64,000 nt of DNA from Candidatus Aenigmatarchaeota archaeon. Lineage in GTDB: Archaea; Aenigmatarchaeota; Aenigmatarchaeia; Aenigmatarchaeales; Aenigmatarchaeaceae. Below, one piece after another: positions 58,846 through 64,000 of the stretch. A program made the position numbers and the translations under genes. The stretch covers positions 947 to 64,946 of the forward strand of contig JBHIDO010000001.1 in NCBI GenBank assembly GCA_046760145.1, given 5' to 3'. The notes under the pieces were generated by a model. That model saw only the letters and a list, made by a program, of their open reading frames with translations. It was not told where the DNA came from and ran no database searches. How positions within the stretch are numbered: the first letter of the stretch is position 1; the number at the start of each line of letters is the position of its first letter.

Positions 58846-60855
58846 TCATCTCTTCTTAGTCTTCCAATAACCAGCCGGTTTTCTACTTAAATCGTCTTCT
58901 GTTAAATTTGGAAAAGCTTCCTTCAGAGCCTTGAAGGTACTAGAATCATATGTATTTTGAAATAATCCAGACAACCCATGTTCTTCAAATGCATCAGCTG
59001 TAACATTTTTTATACCATCAACTTCCTCTTTTAACCATTTGATAGCTTCAACCCTAATTTCTTTTTTGTTAAAGAAATTTTTTGGTAATTGTTTTAATGC
59101 TAACCACGGTGTTTCAGCCAATTCAGGATCGTAATATTCAGAATTGGGGTCTGTGAAACCAGCTTCGATAAAGGCAAGATATGGAGAATCACCATAATAC
59201 CAATTAATAAGAGCTCCAAGCTTGTTTTTAGCTAGATAATCAAGAGTCGGATATCTCTTTCCAGTTTCACTCCTAAATTCTTCTACAGCAGCCTGTATTA
59301 GATAGGCTCTATGATTTTTATTTTGTAAGAATTTATCTGGAAATTTCTTCCTTTCACCACGTCTCCTCTCATACCATAGTTGGATGGTCTCTTCTTTGGA
59401 GATATTTAAAAATCTTTTTCTCCTTTCTTCTTTAATTTGTTTTAAACGAAGCCTTTCTTCAAGTCTTTTACTCATAACAGATGGCATATCAGGAAAGTAT
59501 TTTTTTCTAAATTTTTCTAATCCACCATGGTAATGATAAATTGCAACTGAAACAGAACTATTTATTCTGCTTAGCTGAGATGCCGAAGGAAAATGTCCAA
59601 GCTTTTTTATAACTTTTTCTAATTCTTTTTTAACATTATTTTCATCTTTCCAAAAACCTTTTGGTTTTTCTGTTGCAAATCCCCTTTTCATTTTATACTC
59701 TGTCAGACTACCATAAATTGCTGTAATTCCTTGTAATAAACCTGATCTTCCACTATAACTAATTTCATATTGAGTTGGAACATGACCCAAAAGGTCTATT
59801 AATTTGTCAAATTCCATATCAATATTTTTTTTATCTCTCCAATAGTGTCTAGGAACCCTTTTCATGTCTGTAGGTTTTTTTACTAAACCAGCTTCTTTTA
59901 AAGCTGAATAAGCAGAACCATTATAGATATTTGTTATTAAAGTCCCAAGATTTTGTTCTATTAAATCCTCACTTGTTATTTCTTCAACAGGTTTTCCAAT
60001 TGCTTCTACTGCTGATTTAATATGCTCAATTCTACATTCTTTATCTTCCCAATAATACCAAGGTTTTTTGCCTTCTAAATTTTTACTCATTTTATAGTTA
60101 GCTAAACCGCCATGGAAATTTTGTATATCATCTAATAAACCAAGTTTGCCATGTTTTTGAAAATCCGAATAGACAGGAACTCTACCAAGTTTTTCCATAA
60201 ATTTATCAAATTCTCTATCAACCTTTTCTCTATCTTTCCAATAAGCAAATGGATGCTGTTTTCTATCTTCCATTTGTAATGTTGGATATGCTTCTCTTAT
60301 TAATTCAAAAATTATTTTATCTGAGTTTTTTACAACTGCAACAAACCCATTGTTGTAATAGTCATCTTGTGTTAATTCTGCAGGAGATTTTTTAAGTTTT
60401 ATTTCTGCTAACCATTTTGTTGCTCTTATTCTATTCTCTTTATTAGACCAGAATCTTTGTGGTAGTTTTCTTATAACAACCCATGGTGTTTCTGCAAATT
60501 CTTGATTATAATACTCTGATTTAGGATCTGCCAAATCACACAATTTGAAAATCTCATAAGGAGAACCATTATTGTATGTTAGTAAACTTTTAAGCTTATT
60601 TTCTTTGAAATCTTTATTTGTCGGGAAGTTTTCAGGATTTTCTTTTTGATATTCATCTAAAAAGGCTCGACCAACATATTGCTGATGTCTTACATTACTC
60701 CAAAAATAGTTTGGAAATCTTTCTCTAATACCAGCTCTAACTTCATGCCAAATTTGTATAGCTTCCTCTTCAGATACTTCAAAATATTTTTTTCTTCTAT
60801 ATTCTTTAATTTCTTTCAATTTCCTTTTATCTGCTTTTGTTAACCCCTTTGGCAT
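58846..60855 (-). CDS. Internally repeated hypothetical protein (two about 150-aa terminal repeats flanking four about 75-aa YW[KRE]D[KR]EN repeats)
   Basis: Residues about 10-160 and about 470-620 are clear duplicates (e.g. EYYNQEFAETPWVVIRKLPQRFWSNKENRIRATKWL vs EYYDPELAETPWLALKQLPKNFFNKKEIRVEAIKWL). Middle has 4 units like KPWYYWEDKECRIEHIKSAVEAIGKPV. Confidence 0.5.
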   Translation of the reverse strand: MPKGLTKADKRKLKEIKEYRRKKYFEVSEEEAIQIWHEVRAGIRERFPNYFWSNVRHQQYVGRAFLDEYQKENPENFPTNKDFKENKLKSLLTYNNGSPYEIFKLCDLADPKSEYYNQEFAETPWVVIRKLPQRFWSNKENRIRATKWLAEIKLKKSPAELTQDDYYNNGFVAVVKNSDKIIFELIREAYPTLQMEDRKQHPFAYWKDREKVDREFDKFMEKLGRVPVYSDFQKHGKLGLLDDIQNFHGGLANYKMSKNLEGKKPWYYWEDKECRIEHIKSAVEAIGKPVEEITSEDLIEQNLGTLITNIYNGSAYSALKEAGLVKKPTDMKRVPRHYWRDKKNIDMEFDKLIDLLGHVPTQYEISYSGRSGLLQGITAIYGSLTEYKMKRGFATEKPKGFWKDENNVKKELEKVIKKLGHFPSASQLSRINSSVSVAIYHYHGGLEKFRKKYFPDMPSVMSKRLEERLRLKQIKEERRKRFLNISKEETIQLWYERRRGERKKFPDKFLQNKNHRAYLIQAAVEEFRSETGKRYPTLDYLAKNKLGALINWYYGDSPYLAFIEAGFTDPNSEYYDPELAETPWLALKQLPKNFFNKKEIRVEAIKWLKEEVDGIKNVTADAFEEHGLSGLFQNTYDSSTFKALKEAFPNLTEDDLSRKPAGYWKTKKR

Positions 60856-60921
60856 ATTTGAGAATAGAATCTAAAAAGTTAAATACTAAATCTTTATTTG
60901 TTTAAATACTAAATCTTAGTC

Positions 60922-61875
60922 ATGGATAAATTCGATCTAATAACTAGAAATACGCAAGAAATAATAACACTCCAAGAATTAAAAGGAGTTTTAAAAAAGA
61001 AAAATCCTGTTGCATACTGGGGAATAGCTCCAACAGGAGAAGTTCACACTGGTTATTTAATTCCTGTTCAAAAAATACTAGATTTTGTTAAAGCCGGATT
61101 CAAATTTAAAGTTCTAATAGCAGATGTGCATGCTTATCTAGATGATATGAAAACTCCCTGGAAACTAATGGAAGCAAGAGCAAAATATTATCAAGAATGT
61201 TTAAGATTATTAGGATTAAAAAATGTGGAATATGTTTTTGATTCTGACTTTAAATATGATTCTGATTATATAAAAGAAATTTACAGATTATCAGCTATGA
61301 TCACACAAAAAAGAGCTTTGAGAGCAGCATCAGAAGTTTGCAGATTAAAAAATCCTAAAGTTTCTGAATTGATTTATCCAGTTGCACAAACAATTGATTG
61401 TTGGAAATTAGGAGTAGATGTTGCATATTCTGGTTTGGATCAAAGACACATCTACATGCTAGCAAGAGAAACCCTTCCAAAACTAGGATTCAAAGTTCCG
61501 GTTATTGTTATGACCCCTATGTTATCCGGGTTAATTAAAGGGATCAAATCATCTGCCTCAGTTCCAGAATCAAATGTTTTGATATATGATGAACCTGATA
61601 TTATAAAAAAGAAAATAAGAAAAGCATGGTGCCCATTAGAAAAAGAAAACCCAATTTTAGAATATTACAAATTTATAATATTTCCAAGATATGACAAAAT
61701 AGAAGTTAAAAATAAAAGTTTTGAAAGTTTTGAAGATTTGGAAAAAGAATTTTTAGAAAAAAATATTCACCCAGAAGATTTGAAAAATGATTTAGCAGAA
61801 AGATTAATTGAAATATTAAAACCTGCTAGAAAAATTAATAAAAGTTTAATAAAAAAGGCGTATCCAAATGCTTGA
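60922..61875 (+). CDS. tyrS: Tyrosyl-tRNA synthetase, short archaeal type
   Basis: HIGH-like PTGEVHTGYL, KMSKS-like KGIKSSAS. Collinear with the M. jannaschii TyrRS layout. 317 aa. Confidence 0.85.
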   Translation: MDKFDLITRNTQEIITLQELKGVLKKKNPVAYWGIAPTGEVHTGYLIPVQKILDFVKAGFKFKVLIADVHAYLDDMKTPWKLMEARAKYYQECLRLLGLKNVEYVFDSDFKYDSDYIKEIYRLSAMITQKRALRAASEVCRLKNPKVSELIYPVAQTIDCWKLGVDVAYSGLDQRHIYMLARETLPKLGFKVPVIVMTPMLSGLIKGIKSSASVPESNVLIYDEPDIIKKKIRKAWCPLEKENPILEYYKFIIFPRYDKIEVKNKSFESFEDLEKEFLEKNIHPEDLKNDLAERLIEILKPARKINKSLIKKAYPNA

Positions 61876-63148
61876 TATCAAGTTAATCAGAGAAAAACCA
61901 GAAATAATTAAGAACGATTTAGAGAAACGACAAGATAAAGAAAAAATGAAGTTGCTAGAAGAAGTAATAAAGAATGATGATGAATATAGAAAAAAATTGC
62001 AAGAAGTAGAGAAATTAAAACATTTGAGAAATAAAATTTCTTTGGAAATTGCAAAATTAAAAAGAGAAAAAAAAGATGTTTCTAAAAAATTAAAAGAAGC
62101 AGCTGAGATTCCAGATAAAATCAAGAAATTAGAAGATGAAATTCTAAAGTTAAAAGAAAAGATTAATAATGGACTAATGAGTTTACCAAATATATTACAT
62201 GATTCTGTTCCCTTTGGAAGAGATGAAAATGATAATGTTGAAATAAAAAAATGGGGTAAAACTCCTAAATTTGATTTTAAACCAAAAAGTCATTTGGAAA
62301 TAGCATTAAATTTAGGGTTAATAGATCCTGAAAGAGCAGCTAAAGTTGCTGGGCATGGATTTTATTATTTAAAAAAAGAGCTAGTTCTTTTAGACTTAGC
62401 AATACAAAGATTTGCAATAGATAATCTCATAAAAAAGGGTTATACATTAATTGAACCTCCTTTCATGATAAACAGAAAAGCATACGAAGGAATGATAGAT
62501 CCAACTGATTTTGAAATGGTAACATATAAAATAGAAAATGAACAAATGTATCTCATTGCAACAGCTGAACATCCCTTGGGTGCAATGTATGCTGGTGAGA
62601 TTATTGATAAAAAAAATTTACCAATAAAGCTTATTGGTGTTTCTCCTTGTTTTAGAAAAGAAGTTGGGACTCATGGGAAATATACTAAAGGATTGTTTAG
62701 AACACATCAATTTAATAAAGTTGAGCAGTTTATTTTCTGTTTACCAGAACAATCTTGGGAATTATTTGAAGAATTGCAGAAAAACTCAGAAGAGCTTTAT
62801 CAAAAATTAGAATTGAATTATAGAGTTGTCAATATATGCACAGGTGATATTGGGATAATAGCTGCAAAAAAGTATGACATTGAAGTCTGGATGGCTGATG
62901 GAAAATACAGAGAAGTGGGATCAAATTCTAACTGCACTGACTATCAGGCTAGAAGATTAAATATTAGATATAGAGAAAAACCAGGGCAGAAACCGGTTGG
63001 ATTTGTTCATACTTTGAATAATACTGCTCTTGCAACTTCTCGAACAATTCTAGCTATTTTAGAACAATATCAACAAAAAGATGGTAGTGTTTTAATTCCT
63101 AAAGTTCTTCAACCGTATATGGGAATTAAGAAGTTAGAAAAGACTTAA
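61868..63148 (+). CDS. serS: Seryl-tRNA synthetase
   Basis: N-terminal MLDIKLIREKPE + long coiled-coil arm, then class-II core (motif 2 FRKEVGTHG.., motif 3 GSVLIP). 426 aa. Confidence 0.9.
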   Translation: MLDIKLIREKPEIIKNDLEKRQDKEKMKLLEEVIKNDDEYRKKLQEVEKLKHLRNKISLEIAKLKREKKDVSKKLKEAAEIPDKIKKLEDEILKLKEKINNGLMSLPNILHDSVPFGRDENDNVEIKKWGKTPKFDFKPKSHLEIALNLGLIDPERAAKVAGHGFYYLKKELVLLDLAIQRFAIDNLIKKGYTLIEPPFMINRKAYEGMIDPTDFEMVTYKIENEQMYLIATAEHPLGAMYAGEIIDKKNLPIKLIGVSPCFRKEVGTHGKYTKGLFRTHQFNKVEQFIFCLPEQSWELFEELQKNSEELYQKLELNYRVVNICTGDIGIIAAKKYDIEVWMADGKYREVGSNSNCTDYQARRLNIRYREKPGQKPVGFVHTLNNTALATSRTILAILEQYQQKDGSVLIPKVLQPYMGIKKLEKT

Positions 63149-63179
63149 ATTCTTTTCTATTCATACCTTTATTGATTAA

Positions 63180-64000
63180 ATGAAAGGTAACTTCAAATTA
63201 GCGATTATATTCTTACTTATAACAGCTCTAGCTATTCCTGTTTATGCTTCTGTTTCTCATATGGATGTACAACCTGTCCCACCACAAAATATTAGAAGCG
63301 AAATTATCCAAGAGCCATTATTTGAAAGTAGTCCGATTGCATCTGCTATACCTATAGATCCTGAACCTTTAGATCCAGGCTGTCCTACAGATGATACTTA
63401 CATAACCACAGACACTGTTTTGAGTGGTGAATATTGTGAAATTGCAGATCCTAATGATAATGGTGTCTTAATAATTAATGCAGATAATATCGTTTTAGAT
63501 TGTAATGGAACAACATTAGATGGTATTTATAATTTTGGAATGGGCATAGTAAATCAGTATAAAAATAACGTTACAATTAAAAATTGTAACATAACAAGAT
63601 ACCAATGGGGAATTATGTTAGTTGAATTAAATAAAAATGATATTATAAATAATAACTTTACAGATAATTCTGTGGGAGTTTTGATTCCATTTCCATCTCC
63701 AATCTCGTCTCATAATACTACTATAGAAAAAAATATTTTTACAAAAAATTGGTGGGGAATCTACATGGATTCATTTTCTGATAATTTTATTATAACTAAC
63801 AATGGATTTTGTAATAATAATCTTGGACATGCTATTACTTTAGTCAGTGGGACAATTTCAAATTCAATTTATAGAAATAATTTTTTTAATAACGGACAAA
63901 CTGGTCAGGTAGAAGATCTTTCAGAATTTAATCAATGGGATAATGGATTAGAAGGTAATTATTGGTCTGATTATAATGGAACAGATTTAAATGGAGATGG
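63180..64000 (+). CDS. Secreted right-handed beta-helix (PbH1/NosD-like) repeat protein, 3'-partial; many N-x-S/T sequons
   Basis: Signal peptide MKGNFKLAIIFLLITALAIPVYA. Repeated N/G-rich about 22-aa units (IKNCNITRYQWGIML, NNNFTDNSVGVLI, ITNNGFCNNNLGHAI). Open to window end. Confidence 0.5.
   Translation, partial: MKGNFKLAIIFLLITALAIPVYASVSHMDVQPVPPQNIRSEIIQEPLFESSPIASAIPIDPEPLDPGCPTDDTYITTDTVLSGEYCEIADPNDNGVLIINADNIVLDCNGTTLDGIYNFGMGIVNQYKNNVTIKNCNITRYQWGIMLVELNKNDIINNNFTDNSVGVLIPFPSPISSHNTTIEKNIFTKNWWGIYMDSFSDNFIITNNGFCNNNLGHAITLVSGTISNSIYRNNFFNNGQTGQVEDLSEFNQWDNGLEGNYWSDYNGTDLNGD

Overview
This is an AT-rich (about 70% A+T) chromosomal segment from an archaeon. Archaeal hallmarks present: histone-fold protein, Orc1/Cdc6, RadA, archaeal-type DnaG, family-B DNA polymerase, RPA, aCPSF-like beta-CASP RNase, AglB oligosaccharyltransferase, SecDF, and archaeal-type TyrRS and SerRS. 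Genes are tightly packed with frequent 4-nt ATGA overlaps. I found no rRNA, no convincing tRNA and no CRISPR array.

Main blocks, in order:
(i) 5'-truncated hydrogenase maturation protease and a complete Mbh/Ech-type group-4 [NiFe] hydrogenase operon (1284-5358, minus strand).
(ii) Histone, RPA and RadA.
(iii) Divergent Orc-like AAA+ ATPase preceded in the same frame by a free-standing LAGLIDADG endonuclease, next to a 280-bp GTGAAGATGTGAA iteron array. I read this as a candidate origin.
(iv) Class II (B12-dependent) ribonucleotide reductase.
(v) M29 aminopeptidase, TldE and TldD operon.
(vi) DnaG plus a small Toprim protein.
(vii) Second candidate origin (ORB-like CCATGTGAAATAAAGGGGTT), then bona fide orc1/cdc6, a truncated PolD-small-subunit (DP1)-like protein, and PolB.
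(viii) SecF/SecD and a TctA-like membrane protein.
(ix) About 22 kb agl-like surface-glycosylation island (33283-55962): epimerase, Wzx-like flippase, GT2 x2, GT4, GT-C-like membrane proteins, AglB. It is unusually loaded with six paralogous B12-binding (class B) radical SAM enzymes, two class-I SAM methyltransferases, an HPr-kinase-like P-loop protein and a FAD oxidoreductase.
(x) RtcA and a beta-CASP RNase; a 669-aa internally repeated protein; TyrRS and SerRS; and a 3'-truncated secreted beta-helix protein rich in N-x-S/T sequons.

The radical-SAM-rich glycosylation island is my best candidate for an undescribed system. All functional calls come from motif recognition by eye; no database searches were run.
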